Assembly (NCBI GenBank): GCA_050953065.1
Contig: JBMNLZ010000003.1
Coordinates: 480,001-544,000, forward strand
Source: Bacilli bacterium
GTDB lineage: Bacteria > Bacillota_I > Bacilli_A > ML615J-28 > CAG-698
Direction: 5' to 3'
DNA length: 64,000 nucleotides
Below are positions 36,267 through 46,571 of this stretch, piece by piece (positions within the stretch are counted from its first letter, which is position 1; each line of letters starts with the position of its first letter). The notes under the pieces were generated by a model. It was not told the DNA's origin. It saw only the letters and a list, made by a program, of their open reading frames with translations, and made no database searches. The position numbers and the translations under genes were made by a program.

Positions 36267-38990
36267 CTAAGGAACTATTGTAAATGTTACTGTTCCTACA
36301 TCATCTCCATGCGTAACTATGATTGTTACTGTACCCTCTGATACAGTAGTAATACTACCATATTGACTAACCGTACAAATTGATGTATCACTACTAGTAA
36401 TATTACAATCTATACGACCAATTGAAGTACCATCCATTTCATAAGGATATACTTGATAATATCCATATGTATTATCAGATAATGCTTTTGAAATTGTAGT
36501 TAGACTAACTCCGTCTGCTCCACCAACTGCACCAGATGCATAGACTTTAACTTTCAAGGTATCAGGAGCTATAGTAAATGTTACTGATCCTATACTACCT
36601 TGATAGGTAACTGTACTTGACAGGGTTATTGTTTCAAGTAGCGTGCCTCCTGAATAATCCCCTTGATTATATAAGCCATTTGTATAAGTATTATAACCAG
36701 AAACACTTCCTCCTGTATAAATACTATAAGTTGAGCCTATTTGTAATAGATTACTACTAATTAAAAACGATCTATAAGTTTTACTTGGTTTATATGTTGC
36801 AATGTCATTTCCACTAGCATCTTGAAGCCTAATAATACTAGAAGATGCTGAAGTTAAATTAACCTTAATTGCACATTGAGTTGAACTAGTACTAACATTT
36901 TGAGCCATCCCAGCTGATCCACTTGCAATTAGAAATCCACCTGTTATATTAAATGTCCTATCATAATCTAGCGGACCATTGCCATCATTTGTTGGACCAT
37001 TAACAATCACTGTTCCACCTGACATATTAATAGAACCATTAGCATCTAGTCCATCTCCTGATGCATTAACATAGATATTTCCACCATTAATAGTTAATAA
37101 TGCATTACCACTACTACCAGGACCTGGTCTAAAATTAGAAGACCCATCAACTCCACCGGCAACGTTAATCCCATCATCTGTTGCTACAATACTAATATCA
37201 CCATTATTAATTGTAACGTTTAATGCTTCTAGTCCTTCATAACTTTTAATAATATTAATAGTTCCACCATTAATATTTAAATTATTATCAGCATGAATTC
37301 CATCATCATTTGATGATAGTTTTAAAGTGCCATTATTAATTGTAATTTGATTATTACTATGAATCGCATCATCTTTTGATTCAATATCAATAACACCACC
37401 ATAAATTTCTAAATTATTTAATCCCTTTATTCCTTTACCACTATTTAATGTTAAATTAGAATTACTAACACCAGACCTTATAATAAAATCTCCGTTTAAA
37501 ATTGTTAGAACAGATGAACAATCAATTCCATCTCCATAAGCAATAATATTATAAGAACCATTTTCAATTGTAATATAACCCAAAGATGTATCAGTATCAT
37601 GTTCACAATGCATTCCATCCATTCCAGCTGTAATCTCTAAATAAACATTCTTACAAATAATACTATTATTAGCCTTTAAAGCATGTTTTTTTGAATTAAT
37701 AATTAAACTACCACTTTTAATTTTTAAATCATCATTACTATCAACTGCATTATTATAATTAGCATTAATATAAAGAGTTCCTTGACCTTCAAAAGTAATA
37801 TCATCACAACTATGAATACAGGCTTTGATTTCAGTCTCAGATGTTGCTGAATCAGTTATATAATTAACTGAATCACTAGCCGTACTGATTGTTAATTTAT
37901 CAGAACTTGTTGCTTTAATAACTGAGCCATTCTTACTTGTTAAATTTAGGTTGTTTAAAATCAAAGTTACTTTTTCTTCTTTTGAAACATTAATTAAAAT
38001 ATTAGCATCATTTGATGTGCCTTCTAATGTATAAGTACCTGGCAGATAAATAGTCAATTGGTTTTTATTAATATCTACTCTTTTAGTACTAGCAATAATT
38101 TCTTCATTAGAAAAAAGAATTGTTGCTTCTACTTCACTTACATCCACTTCTGATCCTATTTCTAATACTGTAACTATTATAAAATCACTTGCACCTTCAA
38201 CCTCAGCCTCAATTCTACTAGTACCAACTGCAATAGCAGTTAATTTACCTGTTTGAGTGATTGTTGCTACATTTGTATAATTAGAGGTCCAAATAACATC
38301 TTCAGTATAAGCAATATTTGAAACTATACTTAAATCAACTGTCTCACCAATATGTAAATAAATTGCTTTTTCAGAAAAAATAGTTATTTTTAAAACTTCT
38401 TCTGTTTGACTATTTTCTTCATCACTTGCCTCATCCTCTAAAACATTAATAATTACAAAGTCTGAAACACCATTAACACTAGCAGTAATTTTAGTTGTAC
38501 CTTTTTTTAAGGCTCTAACTTTACCTTCATTTGAAATACTTGCTACATCTTTAAAACTAGATGTCCATCTAACTGGGGCAGTAGAATTAGTTTCTACTTC
38601 TAAAGTCAAACTATCACCTACATTTAAAACAACAACTGAATTACCTAAAATTGTAATTGAATCTGTATGATTTGAAATAGTACTTCTAACAACCTTAACA
38701 TTTAATGTAATACTTTTTTCTTTAGAATTAGTTAATTCTACTTTTATTTTAGTTGAGCCTTCCTTTAATCCATATAATATGCCATCTATTACTTGAGCAA
38801 TTTCGCTATTATCTGGAGTGTAGATTATTTCAAAATCATAATCTATAAAATCAACAATAGGTAATAATTTTTCTGTTTTACCTACTTCAATCTCATAGTC
38901 TTTCTTTTGAAAATCAAACTTTCTTGCTGATAGTTGACTACAACCTGTTAATACAATAATCACAAAAATAAAATAAAGAATTCTTTTCAT
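36267..38990 (-). CDS. Ig-like lipoprotein with DUF4353 (Cthe_2159-like) carbohydrate-binding beta-helix
   Basis: LTGC lipobox, Big_2 repeats, PGTYTLEG, DDGIHAD, KSYEGLEA and GDGLDANG motifs. Confidence 0.85.
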   Translation of the reverse strand: MKRILYFIFVIIVLTGCSQLSARKFDFQKKDYEIEVGKTEKLLPIVDFIDYDFEIIYTPDNSEIAQVIDGILYGLKEGSTKIKVELTNSKEKSITLNVKVVRSTISNHTDSITILGNSVVVLNVGDSLTLEVETNSTAPVRWTSSFKDVASISNEGKVRALKKGTTKITASVNGVSDFVIINVLEDEASDEENSQTEEVLKITIFSEKAIYLHIGETVDLSIVSNIAYTEDVIWTSNYTNVATITQTGKLTAIAVGTSRIEAEVEGASDFIIVTVLEIGSEVDVSEVEATILFSNEEIIASTKRVDINKNQLTIYLPGTYTLEGTSNDANILINVSKEEKVTLILNNLNLTSKNGSVIKATSSDKLTISTASDSVNYITDSATSETEIKACIHSCDDITFEGQGTLYINANYNNAVDSNDDLKIKSGSLIINSKKHALKANNSIICKNVYLEITAGMDGMHCEHDTDTSLGYITIENGSYNIIAYGDGIDCSSVLTILNGDFIIRSGVSNSNLTLNSGKGIKGLNNLEIYGGVIDIESKDDAIHSNNQITINNGTLKLSSNDDGIHADNNLNINGGTINIIKSYEGLEALNVTINNGDISIVATDDGINVAGGVDGSSNFRPGPGSSGNALLTINGGNIYVNASGDGLDANGSINMSGGTVIVNGPTNDGNGPLDYDRTFNITGGFLIASGSAGMAQNVSTSSTQCAIKVNLTSASSSIIRLQDASGNDIATYKPSKTYRSFLISSNLLQIGSTYSIYTGGSVSGYNTYTNGLYNQGDYSGGTLLETITLSSTVTYQGSIGSVTFTIAPDTLKVKVYASGAVGGADGVSLTTISKALSDNTYGYYQVYPYEMDGTSIGRIDCNITSSDTSICTVSQYGSITTVSEGTVTIIVTHGDDVGTVTFTIVP

Positions 38991-39130
38991 TTGAACACCT
39001 CAAAATACAATTATATTACAACTGTATAAATAATAAACAAATGGCAAGAGATTTTTATTGGATTTTTTTAAAAAAAAGCAAGAGATTTTTTAATTCTCTT
39101 GCTTTACTATATTAAATTTTGATTAATACA

Positions 39131-42100
39131 TTATTCAATTGTTACTGTTATAAATCCGTAAGAATCACTTCCATACTTAACATTAAGTGTTACTGTTCCT
39201 GTCTTTAATGCAACAATACTTCCATCATAACTAACATAAGCAATTGAACTATCACCAGAAGTAAAATTAAGATAATTATAGTCAATTAAATTTTTATTTG
39301 AATTATAAACATAAACTTTATAAATTCCTGGTGTTGCATCTATTAAATCTTTTGATAAAGTAGTAAGGCTCGTTCCATCTGCCCCACCTACTGCATCAGT
39401 TTGATACACCTTAACATTTAAGTTGCTAGGATAGACCGTAACTTTAATTGAACTTATAACGTTAGGATTCTCTTCTAATGTTGCTTGAATAATAACTGTA
39501 CCTAAACGAAGTCCAGTTATTAGACCGTTTTGATCAACTGATGCAATTGTTGCATTGCTACTACTCCAAACAATTGTTCCAGTCCCCGAAGTTAGAGTTG
39601 CAGTTAAAGCAAGAGTTCCATCTTTTATAACCATGTTATTCCCTGAAATATTTAACATTGGATAAAGAGTATCTACTACTGATATTGTTATAGAACCATA
39701 GAAATTAGAACTCTCAACACTAATTGTTACTTCTCCTGCTTTTAAAGCATTGATATAACCATTTGTATCTACACTACAAATTGTATCATCACTAAAGAAG
39801 AAATTTGCATAAGAACAACCTATTGGACTACCAGTTGAACTATATAAATAAATTCTATAAAAAGTTGGATTTTCATCTTCTAAAGGTTTTGAAATTGAAG
39901 TTAAACTATCTATTTCAAAACCTGTTTCCATATGAGCTGAGAAGACTTTTAAAACTATAGCATTAATATTTACTGTTACATCAAACGTTGCTAAAACATT
40001 TGAATTTGATTGCAATGTAGCAACAATTGTTGTAGTACCTGGTTCAACTGTTGAAACAAGACCTGTTTGACTAACTGTTGCAACAGAAGTATTTCTAGAA
40101 GTCCATATAATATTTCCAGCCCCCTCACTAAGAGTCGCAGATAATTGTAATGTATTACCATCTATAACACTGTTTTCTCCTGAAATAGTAATTGTTGGGA
40201 AAAGAGTTTCAACAACTGCAATATTAACAAATCCATAAGTATTGTTATATTTAACATTGATTGTGGCTGTTCCACTTCCAACAGTTGTAATATTACCATT
40301 TCCTTCTACTGTTACAACTTCTGTATTATTTACAGTTATAGTTGCATTAGTACAATTTATTGGACTGTTATCAGTAGCAAAAATATATACTCGATAAAAA
40401 CCTGCATTATTATCAGATAAAGGTTTTGAAATTGAAATTAAACTATTTACATTTGCATCAATACTTGCATCAGATAAATACACTTTAACCTTTAACAAGT
40501 TAGCATGAACTCTAATTTGAACTGTTTTTGTAACAGTTGTATTACCAACCATTGTTGCAGTAATGTTAACTGTTCCTTGACTAACTCCTGTTACAAAACC
40601 GTTTGCTGCAACTGTAGCAATAGAAGTATTGCTGCTTGTCCAAGAAACTGTTCCCGTTGCATCATGGATTTGAGCTGTTAGAGGAATTTTAGCACCTGCA
40701 ATAACTTCAGTCTCTCCTGTAATAGTAATTGTTGGAGCGATATGTTCTACTATAGTAATTGTGACACTTCCACATTCATTTCCATATTTAACAGTGATTG
40801 TTACCTCACCAACTCCAGGTGTACTAATAGAACCATATGAACTTACTGTACAAACACTACTATTAGTTGTAGTAAAACTACAATTCATACGACTAATTGC
40901 AGTGCCATCTTCTTTATAAATATATACTTGATAATATCCAGCACTACTACCCGCTAGTTCTTGAGAAATTATAGTTAAGCTAGTTCCAGTAGCACCACCT
41001 ACAGCAAGGCTTTTGTATACTTTAACATTTAATGTATTTGAATAAACCGTAATTCTAATTGTTGCTGTAACAGCCGCATTACTATTTAAAGTTGCAGTAA
41101 TATCTACATTCCCTTTACTTACTCCTGTTACTTTACCATTCTCATCAACAGTTGCAATTCCTGCATCACTTGTTGTCCAAGTAAATTCTCCACTGCCATG
41201 ACTTAGCAAGGCTGTTAATTCTAGCGTTTCATCTACTATAACTTCAACCCCACCTGTAATAGTAACAGTTGGAAGAACTGTAATTATTATAGTTTCAACA
41301 TATTCATTATTAGCACCTACCATAACTTTAATTTCTGTTGTTCCTGCTGCAACTGCTGTTACTTTAGCATTCTCATCAACTGTTGCAATCTCTTCATTAT
41401 CAGAAGTCCAAGTAACACTAGAATAATAAGTATTTTCAAATGAAACCATTAATTCACTACTATCACCAACTGTGATTGTAGAATTACCAGTAATAGTAAT
41501 TTCACCTGGCCCAGTTAAATCATTTACATATATTTCAATAGAAATTGAAATTGAAGAATTCATAATTGAAGTTGCTGTGATTGTTGCTGTGCCAGCTGCA
41601 ACAGCGCTAACAATTCCATCTGCACTAACTGTTGCAACACCTTCATCACTACTACTAAATGTAACCATATTTGATGCAGTAGCAGGAATCGCTGTAACTG
41701 TTAACGTTGTAGTTGCATTAAGAGTTAAGAATGTCTCAATCGCACTAATTTCTAAAGCAGTTAAAACAGCTAGTTTAGCAGATATTTTAATTTTAATAGT
41801 AGCAGATATATTAATATTAGTTATTAAAGTTACTTTAACAGTTGCTTCCCCTTCAGCTACTGCTGTCACTTGATTGCCTGAAAGAGTAATTAAATTTGAA
41901 TCAGTTGTTGTAAAAGAAAGTAAACTAGTATCAGCAATTCCAACTAAAGTCGGATTTAAAGTTATTTGATCTTCTACTCTCATTCTAATTTCAGCATCAA
42001 CAAAACTAATTTCAGGTACATCACCATCTTCAACAACAAATGTTATACTTTCTGTCGTATTACCTTTTTTAATAGTGATTGTTACATTTCCTGCAGCAAA

Positions 42101-42667
42101 AGCTTTAATATTACCATTTTCATCAACTGTAGCAATAGCATCATTACTAGAAGAGAAACTACATGTACTATTATCAACAATATTTCCATCTGAATCATAA
42201 ATATAAACTTGATAATATCCAGTACTACTAGCTGCTAATGATTTTAAAATATTAGTTAAACCATTCCCCTCAGCTCCACCTACTGTATCTTCTTGATATA
42301 CTTTGGCATTTAATGTTTCTGTTTGTATTTCTCCTGCTTGATTTATTAAAACATTAACACTAGCAAAAACACTCTCATCAGATTTTAGGCTAGCTTTTAC
42401 AGTTGTAGTTCCTTCAGCTAGTGCTGTAACTTTAGCACCTTCAATTCTAATTAAATCAGGATTAGCTACTGTAAAAACAATTAAATCAAGACTTTCAATT
42501 CCAACTAAAGTTGGATTTAAAGTTATTTCATCTCCTACCTCTAAAACAATTTCATCATTAGTAAAACTAATCTCAGGTTTAACACTAGTTCCACCATCAC
42601 AAGCTACTAATACTAGTCCTACTAATAACATAAACAATAATACAATACTTTTTTTAAATTTAAACAT
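39131..42667 (-). CDS. Large Ig-like (Big_2) repeat lipoprotein with no recognisable catalytic domain
   Basis: LVAC lipobox, Big_2 repeats alternating with five copies of an extended variant repeat. Confidence 0.85.
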   Translation of the reverse strand: MFKFKKSIVLLFMLLVGLVLVACDGGTSVKPEISFTNDEIVLEVGDEITLNPTLVGIESLDLIVFTVANPDLIRIEGAKVTALAEGTTTVKASLKSDESVFASVNVLINQAGEIQTETLNAKVYQEDTVGGAEGNGLTNILKSLAASSTGYYQVYIYDSDGNIVDNSTCSFSSSNDAIATVDENGNIKAFAAGNVTITIKKGNTTESITFVVEDGDVPEISFVDAEIRMRVEDQITLNPTLVGIADTSLLSFTTTDSNLITLSGNQVTAVAEGEATVKVTLITNINISATIKIKISAKLAVLTALEISAIETFLTLNATTTLTVTAIPATASNMVTFSSSDEGVATVSADGIVSAVAAGTATITATSIMNSSISISIEIYVNDLTGPGEITITGNSTITVGDSSELMVSFENTYYSSVTWTSDNEEIATVDENAKVTAVAAGTTEIKVMVGANNEYVETIIITVLPTVTITGGVEVIVDETLELTALLSHGSGEFTWTTSDAGIATVDENGKVTGVSKGNVDITATLNSNAAVTATIRITVYSNTLNVKVYKSLAVGGATGTSLTIISQELAGSSAGYYQVYIYKEDGTAISRMNCSFTTTNSSVCTVSSYGSISTPGVGEVTITVKYGNECGSVTITIVEHIAPTITITGETEVIAGAKIPLTAQIHDATGTVSWTSSNTSIATVAANGFVTGVSQGTVNITATMVGNTTVTKTVQIRVHANLLKVKVYLSDASIDANVNSLISISKPLSDNNAGFYRVYIFATDNSPINCTNATITVNNTEVVTVEGNGNITTVGSGTATINVKYNNTYGFVNIAVVETLFPTITISGENSVIDGNTLQLSATLSEGAGNIIWTSRNTSVATVSQTGLVSTVEPGTTTIVATLQSNSNVLATFDVTVNINAIVLKVFSAHMETGFEIDSLTSISKPLEDENPTFYRIYLYSSTGSPIGCSYANFFFSDDTICSVDTNGYINALKAGEVTISVESSNFYGSITISVVDTLYPMLNISGNNMVIKDGTLALTATLTSGTGTIVWSSSNATIASVDQNGLITGLRLGTVIIQATLEENPNVISSIKVTVYPSNLNVKVYQTDAVGGADGTSLTTLSKDLIDATPGIYKVYVYNSNKNLIDYNYLNFTSGDSSIAYVSYDGSIVALKTGTVTLNVKYGSDSYGFITVTIE

Positions 42668-42803
42668 TTTCTCAATCTCCTTCTTTATTAATTAAAAATT
42701 AAAACAGTGAGTTTTTAATTTTTAATATCTTTTACTCACTGTTGATTAATCTTTGTTTAGACGAATTGATTATATCATAATTTGTTAATGCTGTCTACAA
42801 ATT

Positions 42804-42870
42804 AAAAAGCGGAAGACGCATCTTCCACTTTCGTCCCGAGGCTTCGAAAGTATCTCAGGCCTATCAAACT
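42804..42870 (-). ncRNA. Candidate structured small RNA (pseudoknot plus terminator)
   Basis: GC-rich island with interleaved helices CCUGAG/CUCGGG and ACUUUCG/CGAAAGU, then a GUGGAAGA/UCUUCCGC-U5 terminator. Upstream TTGACA at 42902-42897. Confidence 0.4.
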
Positions 42871-42906
42871 TAATTATTAAGAAATTCGACTTTACTTGTC
42901 AAGGTG

Positions 42907-44640
42907 TTAATTATATTTTTCTAATTCTTCTTTTAAAATACTAAAAGGAGCAGGACCAGTATCTAAATAAGCTTTATGAAAAGCTAAATCAGAATACTTA
43001 TCTTCTAGCCTTTTCTTAAAATCTATCTTTAAATCTTGAATTTGAAAATAACCATAAAAGTATGTTAAATATATAAGTGGTATTTTTAATATTTGATTAT
43101 ATATTTCTTCAAAATCTTCTTTTTCATATACTGCATATTTTTGAATAAATTCATATGCTTCATCTAAAGACCAACCATGATAATGAATCCCAATATCAAG
43201 TAAGCATGTAATTAAAGCACCTGATATATCATTAAACTCAAAAGCTTTTTTAGCATCCTCATCAATAAAGCCTACAACTTCATTTTCAATATATGTTGCC
43301 CAACCTTCAATATAACCTAAATAATGCATTACTTTTCTAACATCATGAGCATTTGTATTTTTAAAATAAACCATTTGATATAAATGTCCTGGATAACTCT
43401 CATGACCTACTACTCTATATAAAGTATTATTCAACTCACTTACATAATTTGGATTAAGATAAACTGTTTCTTTTATATTAGCATCAATTGGTGAAATTAA
43501 ATATGAGGCCATAGCTTGGCTATCATGTAAATGCTTAGCCATTTCTTTAACTTCATATTCTATTAAAACATTAATCGGTGGAAATGATTCTTCCATACTA
43601 GTTTTGAAAAATTCAATTAAACCATCAAGTTCTAAACCATCCATTAAATTAAGTGCTAATTTCTCATTGTATTTATTAAAAGAAAAAACATACCTTTTTA
43701 TAAGTGTTCTTAGTTTAGCCTTAAAATAATCTTCTAATTCTAAAATACTTATATCAGTCCCGTTTTGAGATCTAAAAGAAGCTTCATAATATTCTTTCCC
43801 ATTTAGATAATTACAAAGTGCTCCATTATGAGTTACTTTCCCTTTTAAAAGTAGTAACGCATCTTTTAGATAAGTATAAGCATTTATAAAATCATTTTCT
43901 GCTAAGTTTTTATTTTCTTCTTTTAAAGAAATCTTTTCTTCAGCACTTAAAAAACTTAATCCATCAACTTTCTCATTAAAGATTTCAATTAAAAATACTT
44001 CTTCTTCATTAATAAAATCTTCACATTGACCAACAATTTGATCAATCTCAGCATCAGTTAATCCTCTATTGTTATTACTTCTTAGAGTTTCATAACTAAT
44101 CATATTTTCAAATGTTTCTCTTAAGTTTCTTATGTAATCAAAATAATTGTTAATATCACCTAAATCATCAAAACGATAATCAGCTAAATTAGAAGGAAAT
44201 GTTAGCTGAAAACCAAGTTCAGCATTAAGTGAAGTACTATAGCCAATAAAATTTTCAAGCAGTAACAATCTATCAAGATAATCTAGAACAATTTTTTTAG
44301 TAAGAATTTGACTCTTTGATAAAGAGTCATCTTCAAACTCTAAAACTGTTGTTTTTAATTCTTTTAAATATTCATAATGAAGCGTTTCATCTTCTTCTAA
44401 AAAAATATAAGCAGAAACACTTAGATTGGTTAATCCATATTTTTCTGGATATTTAAAATAATAATTAACATTTATTGGATCTTCTCCAACAATATCTACA
44501 ACAATTGAATCTAAAAGATTATTAAAAAGCAAATTATCAGCTTTTTCTTTTTTTGCACAACCCAATAAACTAAAAGAAGAAAAAGCAATTAATAATATTA
44601 ATAATATTTTTTTAGTAATTTTTCTCATTCTTTTCTCCAC
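42907..44640 (-). CDS. DUF885 family lipoprotein (metallopeptidase-like)
   Basis: LLGC lipobox, HESYPGHLYQ, EGWATYIE and DIGIHYHGW motifs. Confidence 0.88.
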   Translation of the reverse strand: MEKRMRKITKKILLILLIAFSSFSLLGCAKKEKADNLLFNNLLDSIVVDIVGEDPINVNYYFKYPEKYGLTNLSVSAYIFLEEDETLHYEYLKELKTTVLEFEDDSLSKSQILTKKIVLDYLDRLLLLENFIGYSTSLNAELGFQLTFPSNLADYRFDDLGDINNYFDYIRNLRETFENMISYETLRSNNNRGLTDAEIDQIVGQCEDFINEEEVFLIEIFNEKVDGLSFLSAEEKISLKEENKNLAENDFINAYTYLKDALLLLKGKVTHNGALCNYLNGKEYYEASFRSQNGTDISILELEDYFKAKLRTLIKRYVFSFNKYNEKLALNLMDGLELDGLIEFFKTSMEESFPPINVLIEYEVKEMAKHLHDSQAMASYLISPIDANIKETVYLNPNYVSELNNTLYRVVGHESYPGHLYQMVYFKNTNAHDVRKVMHYLGYIEGWATYIENEVVGFIDEDAKKAFEFNDISGALITCLLDIGIHYHGWSLDEAYEFIQKYAVYEKEDFEEIYNQILKIPLIYLTYFYGYFQIQDLKIDFKKRLEDKYSDLAFHKAYLDTGPAPFSILKEELEKYN

Positions 44641-44778
44641 TTTAAATATCTATTTATCTCACTTCAATTATAACATAAATTAAAAATATTTAAATAAAAA
44701 GTAAGAGCTAAAACTCTTACCTTTTTTGTAAGGTCCATATTAATTATATTAGCAACATTTTCAAAAATTACTCTTTTT

Positions 44779-46506
44779 TTAATTATATTTTTCTAGTTCT
44801 TCTTTTAAAATACTAAAAGGAGCAGGACCAATATCAAGTAGGGCTGTATGGAAAGCTAAATCAGTATACTCCTCACCCAGTCTTTCTTTAAAACTAGTTT
44901 TTAATTCTTGGACTTGGAAATAACCATACATATATGGTGCATACATCATTGGATTTTCTAAGATTACACTATAAATAAATTCTGGAGTATTTACAGTTAA
45001 ATTAAAATTTTCATTCATATATTCGGTTGCTACTTCTAAAGACCAACCATGATAATGAATGCCAATATCAAGTAAGCATAATTTTAAAGGACCAGCAGAG
45101 TTTTTATATTCAAATGCTTTTTTAGCATCCTCATCAATAAAGCCCACAATTTCATTTTCAATATACATTGTCCAACCTTCAGCATAAGCTAAATAGCTAA
45201 ACATTTTTCTTACATTATGAAGATTGCTTGTTTTTAAATAAACATGTTGATATAAGTGTCCTGGAAAACCTTCATGAGCTACTGTTAAATATAAGGTATT
45301 ATCCACCTCACCTACATATGTTGGATTAAGATAGATTACTTCTGTAGTAATTTCATCAATTGGTGATGTAAAATACATCGCCGAAGTAGTAGAACCTTGC
45401 ATATGTTCTGGAAAAGTTAGAATACTATATTCTATCTCTTCGTCTAAAGGAGGAAAAAGCCCTTCCATTTTAGTTTGAAAAAACTCTATTAAACTATCAA
45501 GAGTTAATCCTTCCATTAAATCAATACTAACACTATCTTGATATGTATCCGTATTTTCATCATACCAAGCCTTAAGCTCTGCTAATTTTTCTTCAAAATA
45601 TGCTTCTATTTTTAAAACAGATAAATTACTTCCAAGTTCAGCTCTTAGAGTTGCTTCATAAAATTCTTTACCTTTCAAATAATTACTAGATGAACCATTA
45701 TGAGTAATTTTACCCTTTAAAGGTATAAGTGCATTTTTAAGGTAAATATATGCTTCAATAAATTCATTGTTTAATAAACTTAAAAGCTCTTGTTTTTTAA
45801 CAGCTTTACTAGCTTCATCTAAAAAGATTACTTCATCAAGTTTTTCATTAAAACTAGCAATTAAAAAGTTTTCTTCTTGATTAATTAACTCATCACATTG
45901 ATCAATAATTTGATCGATTAAACTATCAGTTAATCCCATATTATTATTACTTCTCCAAGTCTCATAAGCAATTGCATTTTCAAATGATTCTTTTAAGCAC
46001 CTTATATAATCAAGATAATTATCAATATCCGTTTCAGTATTAAAACGATATACTGTTAATTGATATGGCAACATTGCTTGAATGCCATCTGAAAGATCTA
46101 AAACAGTCTTATATCCATAAAAGCCTTCTAATGATATATCGCTTTCTAAAGCATCTAAAAAGACTTTTTTTGTTAGGATTTGAGAAACTGATAATTCTTT
46201 ATCATCAAATTCTAAAAGCCTATTTTTTAAATTCTTTAAAATTTCAAAGTGTTCTTCATCATCTTCTTTTGTATAAGAATATGGTAAAACAGTTGAATTA
46301 TCTATTCCTAATTTTTCAGGATACTTTAACATATAATTAATAACTAATGGATCAATTCCAAGCAACTCTACAAATGCTTCATCTAAAAAGAGATTAAACT
46401 CTTCATTATCAACAACTTCTTTTGGTTTTTTATCACAACCAATTAAAGTAAATGAGGTAAGAAGAATTAATACTAATAATAAAATTCTTTTAAATTTGTT
46501 TTTCAT
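44779..46506 (-). CDS. DUF885 family lipoprotein, tandem paralog
   Basis: LIGC lipobox, HEGFPGHLYQ and EGWTMYIE motifs. C-terminus GPAPFSILKEELEKYN is identical to the neighbour. Confidence 0.88.
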   Translation of the reverse strand: MKNKFKRILLLVLILLTSFTLIGCDKKPKEVVDNEEFNLFLDEAFVELLGIDPLVINYMLKYPEKLGIDNSTVLPYSYTKEDDEEHFEILKNLKNRLLEFDDKELSVSQILTKKVFLDALESDISLEGFYGYKTVLDLSDGIQAMLPYQLTVYRFNTETDIDNYLDYIRCLKESFENAIAYETWRSNNNMGLTDSLIDQIIDQCDELINQEENFLIASFNEKLDEVIFLDEASKAVKKQELLSLLNNEFIEAYIYLKNALIPLKGKITHNGSSSNYLKGKEFYEATLRAELGSNLSVLKIEAYFEEKLAELKAWYDENTDTYQDSVSIDLMEGLTLDSLIEFFQTKMEGLFPPLDEEIEYSILTFPEHMQGSTTSAMYFTSPIDEITTEVIYLNPTYVGEVDNTLYLTVAHEGFPGHLYQHVYLKTSNLHNVRKMFSYLAYAEGWTMYIENEIVGFIDEDAKKAFEYKNSAGPLKLCLLDIGIHYHGWSLEVATEYMNENFNLTVNTPEFIYSVILENPMMYAPYMYGYFQVQELKTSFKERLGEEYTDLAFHTALLDIGPAPFSILKEELEKYN

Positions 46507-46571
46507 AATTTGACTCCTTTTTACTACTTGATTATAACACCAAATTTAAAATAATTAAATGGGCTCTATAT

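Noticed and set aside
42804-42870. Hammerhead/HDV ribozyme or TPP riboswitch identity for the GC-rich element
   Set aside because: It has CUGAGA and GACGAAA fragments but lacks the CUGAUGA core with stem II, the HDV P3/L3 module and the remaining TPP motifs.
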